Below, one piece after another: positions 38,127 through 47,337 of a stretch of DNA of 58,398 nt. How positions within the stretch are numbered: the stretch's first letter is position 1; each line of letters starts with the position of its first letter. Location of the stretch: positions 1 through 58,398 of the IMG/VR virus record IMGVR_UViG_3300022928_000003; one strand, 5' to 3'. Under the pieces are notes generated by a model that was not told the origin of the DNA, did not search any database, and saw nothing but the letters and a program-made list of their open reading frames with translations. Origin of the DNA: a virus. Taxonomy: Duplodnaviria > Caudoviricetes. The position numbers were made by a program, and so were the translations under genes.

Positions 38127-38200
38127 TATTATATCCTTACTTCGTTGGCTGAAGTTATAGGCGACATTTGTTTGTTTCTCTACCTTTCATGTCGCCTATT

Positions 38201-38920
38201 TTAACTCCAACATCTATCTTGAAACTCACACCATTTGCAGTCAAAGAAGTCTCTTGAGAATGCTACTCTAGGTAAAATTTCGTTTGCTTTTGTTGCTTCT
38301 AAAATATTTACAGCCTTATCACTAATCTCTTGCGCCAAAACTTTATCAAAAGGAACAAGTTCATAATATATCTGACTTGTGTTCTTATTTAATACTGTAA
38401 ATAAACATGGATGCTCTGTTAAGTTCATGTATGCCTGATACAAAGCTATCTGAGCTGCGTAAACTGGATTGGTCCTAGCTACGCCTTTCATCATAAATTC
38501 TCTAAACTTCTTATCATTGGCTGACTTATTCTCCCACAAACATGGATACCCCATGTCCACAGGACCTCCACATATTACACCATCTATATGACCTTTAATT
38601 TCCCCATCTGCGATAGAAAAACCAAATTGTTCGCCTTTTTTGTCTTCTGTACGCAAATCAAAGTTAGCATTTTTTAACCATTGTGCAACAGAATCTTCAA
38701 TTTCATGTCCAAATTGAAATATTCTTAAAGTATTAGCACTAAATTCACGACCTTCATCAGATTCATATCCCATGTATCTATATTGTATTTTTCTGGAACA
38801 TGATTCACCAAGAGACGAACCGCCTAAGTAAGTTCGTTTAGCTCTTTTGTTGTTCTCATCAATTATGTTTTGATCTATAGCATCTGATATTAATTTTGTT
38901 ATTTCTTTAGAAGGGAGCAT
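38201..38920 (-). CDS. PD-(D/E)xK exonuclease, Cas4/AddB-like with four Cys
   Basis: CSR, GHIDG, WENKS, Q..LY, CKWCEFQDRC. Confidence 0.8.
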   Translation of the reverse strand: MLPSKEITKLISDAIDQNIIDENNKRAKRTYLGGSSLGESCSRKIQYRYMGYESDEGREFSANTLRIFQFGHEIEDSVAQWLKNANFDLRTEDKKGEQFGFSIADGEIKGHIDGVICGGPVDMGYPCLWENKSANDKKFREFMMKGVARTNPVYAAQIALYQAYMNLTEHPCLFTVLNKNTSQIYYELVPFDKVLAQEISDKAVNILEATKANEILPRVAFSRDFFDCKWCEFQDRCWS

Positions 38921-39128
38921 TGCCACCTCCCGACCATGATTTATCTGAGTATTGAAAGTGGATACGAGCAATATATTCTCCGTTGTAAAACTCGTCTACA
39001 TTAGACGATAATTGTATGTTAGATATTATACCAACAACTTCGTCTTCTGACAAATCGCACAATTTTTTATCCCAGCCTATTTCCGAACAAATCCGAGCAA
39101 ACCTCTTTAATGGATGGTTATCTGACAT
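38907..39128 (-). CDS. Hypothetical protein (DUF6511-like)
   Basis: EIGWDKKL.DL...APF. Confidence 0.5.
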   Translation of the reverse strand: MSDNHPLKRFARICSEIGWDKKLCDLSEDEVVGIISNIQLSSNVDEFYNGEYIARIHFQYSDKSWSGGGNAPF

Positions 39129-39364
39129 TCGTCATCCTCCTGAATGTAAAAATGTAAATCAAAGGTTGCTCCAAAATAATGAACAATCGCTTTACCGCTA
39201 ACTACGTTATCAAAATCACTGCAAGTATCTAAAATAGCATTGTTAATATACTCCATGAGTTCATCTTTATTGCAGTCAAGATCGACAGGAACAAACATCT
39301 TGCCTTCTTTTTTGCTTACAGGACGCTCAAAAAATAAAGTATAATCAACTCTGATGCTTGCCAT
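39107..39364 (-). CDS. Hypothetical protein
   Basis: Coupled ORF. Confidence 0.5.
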   Translation of the reverse strand: MASIRVDYTLFFERPVSKKEGKMFVPVDLDCNKDELMEYINNAILDTCSDFDNVVSGKAIVHYFGATFDLHFYIQEDDECQITIH

Positions 39365-39632
39365 CTTTTGCCTCTATAGCTAATGCTGCATACCCGATAA
39401 CATCAATCATATTATCCTCTACCTTTGGATTCTGACTGTTTCTAATTTGTTTAATGCCTATCATTGCTCTATAGACATCATGTATATCAAGAGGCTCTTT
39501 TAATTTTTTTCTTAACAATATGTTCCATATTTCAGCTATGTATGTGTGAGTTTCTGTAGCATCGCCATGAGTTTTAGCTCTAGGTCCGTTTATAATTAAA
39601 TCTACTTTTTTTAGTGCTTCACTTCGGTGCAT
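39345..39632 (-). CDS. DUF6378-like (nucleotide-modification-associated) protein
   Basis: I.GPRAKTHGD....IAEIW...DV..AM...K..R...DNMID.IGYAAL. Confidence 0.65.
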   Translation of the reverse strand: MHRSEALKKVDLIINGPRAKTHGDATETHTYIAEIWNILLRKKLKEPLDIHDVYRAMIGIKQIRNSQNPKVEDNMIDVIGYAALAIEAKDGKHQS

Positions 39633-41298
39633 TTTTTTCTCCTATGTTTATAATTCTTGTATCTATTTGATCTTTATTCCAAACATAATTCAACCAACAA
39701 GCCGCTTTATATTTGTTCCAACTGAAATCTATTGGCTTAACATCAACACCATAACGTCTTAACATCTCTGATTGCTTTGGCGTTACAGCTTCATTTAACC
39801 ATCTTTTACCTTTCTTAGCAGCATCACTATCTTCAATCTTCCTTAGAAAGTCATCAGCAGATGCTATGGCTTGTTCCTTAGTTCCAACACTAACTACCCT
39901 TAACTTGCCCCCTGTGCGCTTTACAAGGGCTATAGATATATCATCTAAGTGTGCAACCATGCCAAAACCATTAAAGCCACTAGCACTCATACAAGCACCA
40001 TTGTTAAACAAGTCAATCCATCTAAACGGTGATCTATCCATAAGATCAACTTCAGTCATTACAAAGTCTTCTAGTGATTCTCGCTCTTCTTTGCCAAACT
40101 CATGTCCACATATAGGACACTCACGAGATGACAATGGTACTTCTGATTGACAATCTGGACATATTTTAACAGGAGCTTCACCTGATCTTTGAGATTCAGC
40201 ACCTTCAAGATTAACACCTTCATCTAATGACCCGTGTGTAAGTACACTTGTGCCAAAATCTAAAACCACACAATCTTTTTTAATGACATCTGGATGCTCC
40301 TCTGGATCTATTGTTCGGAGTCCACGACCAATCATCTGTACCATTGTAGATTTGTATGAACATGGTCTTGTAAGCACAATACAACTAACAGGCGGGGCAT
40401 CAAATCCCTCTGTAAGCACAGCTACATTGACAACAACTTGTATATCTCCATGCTCTAAATCATGTAATATTTGTTTTCTTTGGTCTGCTGGCGTGTCACC
40501 AGTAACAATTTCAGCTCTTACGTTTGATCTACGATACTCATCACATACATCTTGTGCATGAACGATTGTAGAGCAAAACACAACTGTCTTTCTGTCTCCC
40601 GCTTTATCTTTCCATTCATCTACAATTTTTTCGTTAATAGCTCGTTTGTTCATAATCCGTTCAACTTCACTCATATCAAAATCTGATACGGTTCTACGAA
40701 CATTTTGCAAATCATCTGTAACACCTACATCAATGACGTATGTCTTAGGCGGCACAAGAAAACCTTCACGGATAAGTGTTCCTATTTCAATTTGATGCGA
40801 ACAATTATTGAATACAGTCTTTAATCCTTTTTTATCTCCACGATTGGGAGTTGCTGTAAAACCAACTATCTGTACAGAATTGTTCGCTTCTTTGACCCTG
40901 TTAATAATTCTTTGATATGTATCTGCTATTGCATGGTGACTTTCATCAATAACAACCATGTCAACAGGCTTCATGTTATCCAAATTGTTCGGTCTCGAAA
41001 GCGTCTGCACCATGCTAAATATGGTTTCTCCAGACCAATCTTTCTCTGATCCGTCAACTATACTCGTGGATATGTTTGGATTAACACGGGAAAATTTCTG
41101 TGCATTCTGTCGTACAAGCTCATCTCTGTGTTGTATGACTAATACTCTATCGCCTTTTTTATATCTCTTACCTACTAATGCAGACAACATAATAGTTTTA
41201 CCCGCTCCCGTTGGAGCAACAACGATAGTGTTTTTGTGTTTATCAAGAGCGATAGACGCATCGTCTACGGCTACTTGTTGGTACGGTCTAAGTATCAT
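39619..41298 (-). CDS. Superfamily II DExH helicase with zinc ribbon
   Basis: LRPYQ, APTGAGKT, DESHH, TATP, LTEGFD, QMIGRGLR, CPDC..CPIC. Confidence 0.9.
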   Translation of the reverse strand: MILRPYQQVAVDDASIALDKHKNTIVVAPTGAGKTIMLSALVGKRYKKGDRVLVIQHRDELVRQNAQKFSRVNPNISTSIVDGSEKDWSGETIFSMVQTLSRPNNLDNMKPVDMVVIDESHHAIADTYQRIINRVKEANNSVQIVGFTATPNRGDKKGLKTVFNNCSHQIEIGTLIREGFLVPPKTYVIDVGVTDDLQNVRRTVSDFDMSEVERIMNKRAINEKIVDEWKDKAGDRKTVVFCSTIVHAQDVCDEYRRSNVRAEIVTGDTPADQRKQILHDLEHGDIQVVVNVAVLTEGFDAPPVSCIVLTRPCSYKSTMVQMIGRGLRTIDPEEHPDVIKKDCVVLDFGTSVLTHGSLDEGVNLEGAESQRSGEAPVKICPDCQSEVPLSSRECPICGHEFGKEERESLEDFVMTEVDLMDRSPFRWIDLFNNGACMSASGFNGFGMVAHLDDISIALVKRTGGKLRVVSVGTKEQAIASADDFLRKIEDSDAAKKGKRWLNEAVTPKQSEMLRRYGVDVKPIDFSWNKYKAACWLNYVWNKDQIDTRIINIGEKNAPK

Positions 41299-41324
41299 AA
41301 TTCCCTCATTGCTAGATGATGAAA

Positions 41325-41392
41325 GGGTAGCTTTACGGCACTCGTGCTACCCAAACGAGTTCTAGCAGACGAAGGTCAGTCTTGCCGCTAGA
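41325..41392 (-). ncRNA. Structured cis-regulatory RNA: hairpin plus H-type pseudoknot in the helicase leader
   Basis: ACUCGU/ACGAGU and GGGUAGC/GCUACCC interleaved stems; UCUAGC/GCUAGA hairpin. Confidence 0.6.
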
Positions 41393-41405
41393 TATTCGCA
41401 AAAAC

Positions 41406-42014
41406 CTATTTGTTAGCCCAAGATGGAGTTACACCATTTTGTTGCTGTTGCACTTGCGGTTGAGCTTGCACAGTAGGTTGCACAGGTGCTGGTGCATTAC
41501 CGTCACCTATATAACCATCTTGATTAACAGTTACAGGAGCAAGCATTTTATTCTTGTCATCATAACCGTTAGTGCCTTTCTCAACTGCAATCTTCATGCA
41601 AATTTCCATACCGTTGATTGCCTCAAGGCTTGGTATTTGTCGTAGCACATTAGCTTCAGGTGAAACATCATTTGGATTTAAACCTTTGGCACTATCAATG
41701 ATGCCCCTAAGAGTTCGTAAACCAATTTCCTTTGATACGGAAACACCATTTTGATTTTTCTTATCACCATCAAAGAATATGTTATGCCAAACTTTACGTT
41801 TGTCGAATTGACCACCTACGATGGTAAATTCACATTCAATCCACTTAGCTGAAGAATGAGCTGATTGCCTAAAAATAGCATCTTGTGCTAAATCAGGAAT
41901 CCTTACACCATCCAACTGTGGCTTGATATAAAGTATTGCACGAGCAATAGTTCCATGTGGAATAAGAGAAAAGTCATTACCCTCATCAGGGGCTATATTA
42001 TTTAAGTCAAGCAT
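41406..42014 (-). CDS. Single-stranded DNA-binding-like protein (DUF669-like)
   Basis: LIP.GT, EFTIV.GQFDKRKVW, GYDDKN, Q/P-rich tail ending PSWA; follows the AAA_24 gene. Confidence 0.6.
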   Translation of the reverse strand: MLDLNNIAPDEGNDFSLIPHGTIARAILYIKPQLDGVRIPDLAQDAIFRQSAHSSAKWIECEFTIVGGQFDKRKVWHNIFFDGDKKNQNGVSVSKEIGLRTLRGIIDSAKGLNPNDVSPEANVLRQIPSLEAINGMEICMKIAVEKGTNGYDDKNKMLAPVTVNQDGYIGDGNAPAPVQPTVQAQPQVQQQQNGVTPSWANK

Positions 42015-42888
42015 TATTATTTACTCCTTCGTTGCTAGACGTTGGTTGTTTAGCGGGATCAACAAATGTAAGCTCTCTTTCTGATTGCTTTTGTCCGCCA
42101 CTCATTTTAGTCAGAAGTTTACCTAAATGTGGCTCTTCCAATACATCGAGTTTGCCCGATCTATCTTTTGCTGGATATCCCCATTCATTAAGCGTCTGAC
42201 ATACAAAGGCACGATATGTACCTGTTGTTTCGTCACCTGTCATAACTGCCATTGTGATAACTTCATCAACAATTCCTGGTAGTTCACGACCTGTCTTAGC
42301 GCCCTCTATTTGTAATTCAAATAGTTTGCGACCATAATCATCAACCTTTTCGTCAAGAATGCCAACAAAAATAACATTCTTTTCACGAATATGTTGTAGG
42401 TGCGTCAGCCATGACATCATCTCACGACCTTGCATACCATAAACAGCACGAGTATCTATTGTACCGTTTCTAGTTCTATTTTCGGGTTGACCCATACAAT
42501 GCTGAAAACATAATCTACCAGCCACAGTAATACTGTCGATAAATATAGTATCATACTTCTTCATCATTTCCGATGGATCACCATATTGTTGCACTACATA
42601 ATCATAATGCACTTGGCTATAAGATTGATCGTCAGTCAAAGATGGATTGCCACCACCTAAAAAACATGCAAAGTCACGACATTCAGCCCATGTTTTAGGA
42701 CGGATAACGTCTATGGGCCATCCTTCAATAGCCGCATCACCTGCCTCTAAGTCCATGAACAATGTAGTATCTGCATCTAAAGTTCGAGCAAGAGTGGTTT
42801 TACCCACTCCACTCTGACCACACACAACAATCTTATGACCTTTTTTCTCAGCCATACGTTGTTCGGCTGTAATTATATTCAATGCCAT
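42007..42888 (-). CDS. AAA_24 / Sak4-like ATPase
   Basis: GQSGVGKT, DLEAG, FIDSIT, AKDRSG.L. Confidence 0.8.
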   Translation of the reverse strand: MALNIITAEQRMAEKKGHKIVVCGQSGVGKTTLARTLDADTTLFMDLEAGDAAIEGWPIDVIRPKTWAECRDFACFLGGGNPSLTDDQSYSQVHYDYVVQQYGDPSEMMKKYDTIFIDSITVAGRLCFQHCMGQPENRTRNGTIDTRAVYGMQGREMMSWLTHLQHIREKNVIFVGILDEKVDDYGRKLFELQIEGAKTGRELPGIVDEVITMAVMTGDETTGTYRAFVCQTLNEWGYPAKDRSGKLDVLEEPHLGKLLTKMSGGQKQSERELTFVDPAKQPTSSNEGVNNNA

Positions 42889-43325
42889 TATTCTACCTCT
42901 TCCAATTTAAATGTTACACCCGCCAAATCCACAGTTCTATGTGGTTCAAGCAAAGATTTTATAGCTGGAGGAGCAGATGCGTATTTTCTTTCTTCCACGG
43001 TAACACTTACTTTACCATAGTGTCTTGCATCATCTGCGTTCATTTGAGTATCAAGTGTAGTCATAAGACCAACTTGATCCCATTCAACTTTTTTTCTGAA
43101 TGTAGCATTAAGTTTTATATTATTTGCTATCATAAAACTAGTAGAACCAAAGTCCTTACCAGCTTCTCTAAGTTTATCACGAGCAGTATTACCATACTTA
43201 TGCTCAAAAACTTCATTGATAGTCTGTAAGTCTTTCTTTAAAGACTCCATCTCTTTTTCAAGAGACTTTCGAGATTCGATGAGTTTTGACTCAGCCATCT
43301 CAAAATAAGTTGCGAATGATGTCAT
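42888..43325 (-). CDS. Hypothetical replication-module protein
   Basis: AGGAGG RBS; KDFG, KKVEWDQ motifs. Confidence 0.6.
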   Translation of the reverse strand: MTSFATYFEMAESKLIESRKSLEKEMESLKKDLQTINEVFEHKYGNTARDKLREAGKDFGSTSFMIANNIKLNATFRKKVEWDQVGLMTTLDTQMNADDARHYGKVSVTVEERKYASAPPAIKSLLEPHRTVDLAGVTFKLEEVE

Positions 43326-43359
43326 AATTGACCTCCTTTATATTTACGCTAGAACTTCA

Positions 43360-43387
43360 TATATAGCACTAGTTACAATAAAGTCAA
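43360..43387 (-). promoter_or_regulatory. Promoter of the replication operon
   Basis: TTGACT-16 nt-TATATA; spacer GTAACTAGTGC resembles the operator. Confidence 0.5.
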
Positions 43388-43398
43388 TACTTGATCTA

Positions 43399-43776
43399 TC
43401 ATTTTTTTTTAAAACTTAACAAAATATCTATATTGTGTATGGCGAGCATAAGTTTTTTCTTTAACTTAAACTCAGGCGTAAGAACACCTTTAGCGTCTTC
43501 AACTATGAATCTAGATGATCCATCTTCTTCTATTAATAAATATGTAAAGTCGGCAATGTAATTACATATTTTTACATCATTAATTTTTAATTCGTACTTA
43601 ACTTGTCTTTCTAATTGTTCAACAACACCAGCTCTTTCCATAGCTTTTAATTGACCCCAACGCTCTGCTTCCCATCTTGAATCAAACTTTAGACCCATTG
43701 CGACTGTTTTTTTTGCGAAATACTTGTTGGGTTTCCCAAATTTTCGGGTTATAATTCGTTTATTATTGTTATACAT
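43399..43776 (-). CDS. DUF1064-like endonuclease
   Basis: NKY.AKKT...FDSRWEAER, LERQV.Y, Y.ADF.Y, VEDAKG. Confidence 0.8.
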   Translation of the reverse strand: MYNNNKRIITRKFGKPNKYFAKKTVAMGLKFDSRWEAERWGQLKAMERAGVVEQLERQVKYELKINDVKICNYIADFTYLLIEEDGSSRFIVEDAKGVLTPEFKLKKKLMLAIHNIDILLSFKKK

Positions 43777-43789
43777 GGGAGTTATTGTA

Positions 43790-43981
43790 ATGGCAGATCC
43801 AAAAAAATTCAAGTCCATTGGTATAGATACTGATACTTATTATAAATTAAAACGTATATGTGAAGATGAAAGACGTAATGTACGTCAACAAATTAGTATA
43901 TGGGTAGATAAAGATTATTCAAATAGATTTAAAGAAGAAGATAATGTTACTCGTTTAGGTTTAGGAACTTTAAATAATTAA
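43790..43981 (+). CDS. Ribbon-helix-helix-like DNA-binding protein
   Basis: FKSIGIDTDTYYKLKRIC...RNVRQQI; GGGAG RBS; the only convincing plus-strand gene. Confidence 0.65.
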   Translation: MADPKKFKSIGIDTDTYYKLKRICEDERRNVRQQISIWVDKDYSNRFKEEDNVTRLGLGTLNN

Positions 43982-44439
43982 GCAATTTGTTCTTTAACAC
44001 CTACAGCTTCCATTCTTTTTATTAAACGATTTGCACGATTAGTGACTTGCTTGTGCCATCTTGAATCTTCCATTTGTACAGCACATTCTAACCAATCTTC
44101 ATCAGCTATAGCAGCGCAAAATTTCTTAAATCCAGATAAACGAGGACGACCCATATTAAACATCATGTTCGCACATATTTTTTGAACTTCTTCTGGCAAA
44201 TCATCAAAGTTATTAAATAATTTTTTGCATTCTGATATTGTTACTTCAACATCCATTTTAAAGCAGTTATTAACTCTTTCTTCTGATACTGTTGTACCTA
44301 CTGGCTTTCCATATTCTTCATCCCATTCAGTAACTAAATGTCCTATACCAAATGTAGGTAATCCTAAATGATCAAGGTATATTTCATATTTACAACCTTC
44401 ATCTTCTTTTAATTCTTCTCTTAATTCATTTATGTTCAT
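43978..44439 (-). CDS. Lysozyme (GH24, T4-lysozyme-like endolysin)
   Basis: DEG...IY.D.LG..T.GIGH, NM.FNMG, SRW.KQ..NRA.RL. Confidence 0.88.
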   Translation of the reverse strand: MNINELREELKEDEGCKYEIYLDHLGLPTFGIGHLVTEWDEEYGKPVGTTVSEERVNNCFKMDVEVTISECKKLFNNFDDLPEEVQKICANMMFNMGRPRLSGFKKFCAAIADEDWLECAVQMEDSRWHKQVTNRANRLIKRMEAVGVKEQIA

Positions 44440-47333
44440 GGTGTTTGCCTTGCTGCTATTGCTTGATTTATAGGACTTAGACCTAATAATTGTCCTGTGC
44501 CTGGTGAACTTACGTTAATTGCTCCCAATCCTGTATTAGCTGCGGGTGGAGTTACGTTTATTCCTGTACCTGCTGGCGTTTGATTCTGAACATTTGTTCG
44601 GACTTGATTAGCCGTATTTTTAATTGCAGAAGTAACCCCGTAGTTATCTGCAAGAGCTTCTATTTGATCCGCTCCTTCATTTACGCCTTCTTGAAACATT
44701 TGACCAGGAGCTTGTGACATAAAGTTTCTTATAACTTGTCCTAGTGTCATAGCCCTTTCTGCGTCTGTCTTTGCAGTTCTTACACCATTTTTATATTGTT
44801 TTACTATTTGACTATAATAAGGAGCTGATGTTAAGAACCTGCCCAACACAGTAAACTTTGCTAATTTGCCTAAATTTTGTAGAGGGCTAGCGGCTATATT
44901 AGCAGCTACAAGATCACCACCTTCAGCAGTTCTTGCGTTAAACTTTAATATCTTAGCGAACTCTGTCATATCTTTGCCCATTCTATCACCATAAAGAACA
45001 TTTAATTTATTTCCTTTTGATGCTTCTAACATACGATCAGCAAACTTACCCAATTTTTTACTATCTGTCATAACAGTTTCACCAAAGTCTTTAATAAGAC
45101 TGTTCATAAAATAACCTTGAATTTTCTTTATTGATTCTTCATCATTTTGTGTTCTGAAATAAGTAAGTATGTCATTTATTTCATTTGCTTTTGTAGAATT
45201 GTTCGCTATTAACTCACCAGCTTGTGTTGAATTTAAAGTGCCTTCAGCTAATTTTTTTCTAACATTACTTGCTTGTAAATTACCTAAATTAACTTGTGCA
45301 TTTTTAACACTATTTAACAATCCTCTTAATGTATCACTACCACCTTGATCTACAATATTTTGAATAACAGTGTCATCGATTTTATCTATAGATGTTAATC
45401 TTATTTGATTAGCTAAAGCCTTAATACCATTATATTTATCTGCTCCACCAAATAAAACATCTCCGCTTGTTCCCAAACTATCAATAGCATCAGCAAATGC
45501 TTTACCGCTAAAATCTTTAGGACTCATAGAATCTATACCTGATTTAGCTAAAGCATCTTTAACAAAATTGTTCGATAATTCTTCTCTAAATCTGAGAACA
45601 TCGTTAGGTTTACCAAATTTTTCTAATACTTTTATAGCCCCTTGTAAAAACTGCGGTCTATTTGGTTTAATTAAATCTCTAAATATTTGAGGGTCAACAG
45701 CTAAACGTCTTGCATCCCTATCACCTGTTTTTACAAAGTCTTCTAAATTTTTTAATACTGTATTACCTTGCAATTGTTCGAGTATATCTTTACCTTCTTT
45801 AAAATCAGCTCTTGCTTTTTTTAATTGTTCTCCAGCTTTAGTAAGCATTGCTGCTTCATCAGTAGTTAATTTTGCACCTTGAGCAGTGATTTCTAAATTT
45901 TCACGGCTCATAATATTATCTATGTCGTCTAGAATTGGTTTTAAAACTCTACCTACAGTTGCATCACCAGACATAATTAAATCATTTGTAGATTTTCTGG
46001 CGTTATACAATTGATTAAAAGATGCTTTGTTACCTCTTTGCTTTATTAATGATCTTAATAAACTTAACTGTCCTTTAGCGTCCTCAAAAGACTTGCCAGT
46101 TGCTCCTTTTAAACTATCTAATGCTGTTAAAACTTTTGGCTGCAAATCTTTTACATTAATAAAGTTTTTTGAACCAAGTTGTTCTCCCATAAGATCATCA
46201 ACAGCTTTAAATGTTCTTGTCATGTTTCTGTTAAATTTTTCTTGTGCATTTGTAAAAAGTTCAAATATTTCATTATCTATGTCAGGATTTCTAGTCATAC
46301 CAGGACTTGCAAACGCATTAGCTGTATCTTCAAATTGTTTTAACACAGCTTTTCTTGCTTCAGCTTCTGCTTTAAGTAAAGCAGCATTATCTTCTTTTAA
46401 ACCTCGTAATAAAGCCTCACCAGCTTCGTCTGCTGTGCTAGACCCGCTTATTTGAGTAAACTCATTTATTTTTTTAGACATAACTTCATTGTTTTGTTTT
46501 AAACGTTCAGATGTCTTAAATATTTTTTCTCCAATGCCTTGCGCTCTTGCAATAACTGATGGCGCTCTGATGGCTGATAGCGTAGGCAATATGCCCATAT
46601 CAATTGACTTAGCTGCTGTTTCAAGTTCCTCAGACGTTAATTCTTTACCAGCTTGCAATGATTTTTTACCAACACCAAATGCCTTACCAAGTAATCCGAA
46701 CAATCCATCTCCAACAAAGCCTATGGCTGCTTCAGTAGCTATGTCTTTAGCTATATCTCCCGCTGATTGTTTTGACACACCAGCTCCAGCTTCAACAATT
46801 TCTTCTACTCCTTGACCTGTTCCAGCTCCTATTCCAGCACCTATAGCTGCTCCAAGAACAGGAATAGGTATAGCGACTTGCCCTGCTATAGCTCCACCAA
46901 CTGCACCTATAAGCTCTGGTGCTATACCTGCAAGATCAGCTAAATCATAACGACTAAATCCATCTTCATCTATGAGTATATTTTTGTCTGTTTCTTGTCC
47001 AAACTTAGCTGCACCTTCAGGTGTAAGAGCCAATCTACCACGCTTGTCACGCACATATTCGTCTTCGCCTATATCAAATTTAGCTAATATAGCTGCTTCT
47101 TCATCTCTATTTTCGGCTGCTGACAAGGCAGATCGTAAAGAAGCACTCTTAATTCCTGTGTCAGTATCAAACAATTGTTCGTTAATTAAGTCTTCTTTTT
47201 TATCAACAGAAACACCTTGTTCTTGTCCTCTAAGATATTCAGTAATTTTTAATTGTTCTGAAAATGTTGGTTTTTCGCCTTTAATCTTAAAGCCGACTTC
47301 TTTACCACCAACCTCCATTTTTAAAACGCCCAT
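44436..47333 (-). CDS. Large internal virion/ejection protein
   Basis: 965 aa, helical, Gly/Ala-rich hydrophobic segment; podovirus ejection-module position. Confidence 0.6.
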   Translation of the reverse strand: MGVLKMEVGGKEVGFKIKGEKPTFSEQLKITEYLRGQEQGVSVDKKEDLINEQLFDTDTGIKSASLRSALSAAENRDEEAAILAKFDIGEDEYVRDKRGRLALTPEGAAKFGQETDKNILIDEDGFSRYDLADLAGIAPELIGAVGGAIAGQVAIPIPVLGAAIGAGIGAGTGQGVEEIVEAGAGVSKQSAGDIAKDIATEAAIGFVGDGLFGLLGKAFGVGKKSLQAGKELTSEELETAAKSIDMGILPTLSAIRAPSVIARAQGIGEKIFKTSERLKQNNEVMSKKINEFTQISGSSTADEAGEALLRGLKEDNAALLKAEAEARKAVLKQFEDTANAFASPGMTRNPDIDNEIFELFTNAQEKFNRNMTRTFKAVDDLMGEQLGSKNFINVKDLQPKVLTALDSLKGATGKSFEDAKGQLSLLRSLIKQRGNKASFNQLYNARKSTNDLIMSGDATVGRVLKPILDDIDNIMSRENLEITAQGAKLTTDEAAMLTKAGEQLKKARADFKEGKDILEQLQGNTVLKNLEDFVKTGDRDARRLAVDPQIFRDLIKPNRPQFLQGAIKVLEKFGKPNDVLRFREELSNNFVKDALAKSGIDSMSPKDFSGKAFADAIDSLGTSGDVLFGGADKYNGIKALANQIRLTSIDKIDDTVIQNIVDQGGSDTLRGLLNSVKNAQVNLGNLQASNVRKKLAEGTLNSTQAGELIANNSTKANEINDILTYFRTQNDEESIKKIQGYFMNSLIKDFGETVMTDSKKLGKFADRMLEASKGNKLNVLYGDRMGKDMTEFAKILKFNARTAEGGDLVAANIAASPLQNLGKLAKFTVLGRFLTSAPYYSQIVKQYKNGVRTAKTDAERAMTLGQVIRNFMSQAPGQMFQEGVNEGADQIEALADNYGVTSAIKNTANQVRTNVQNQTPAGTGINVTPPAANTGLGAINVSSPGTGQLLGLSPINQAIAARQTP

Positions 47334-47337
47334 TTGA

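Noticed and set aside
41320-41405. tRNA or known riboswitch
   Set aside because: No cloverleaf, T-loop or recognisable aptamer consensus; kept only as a novel pseudoknot candidate
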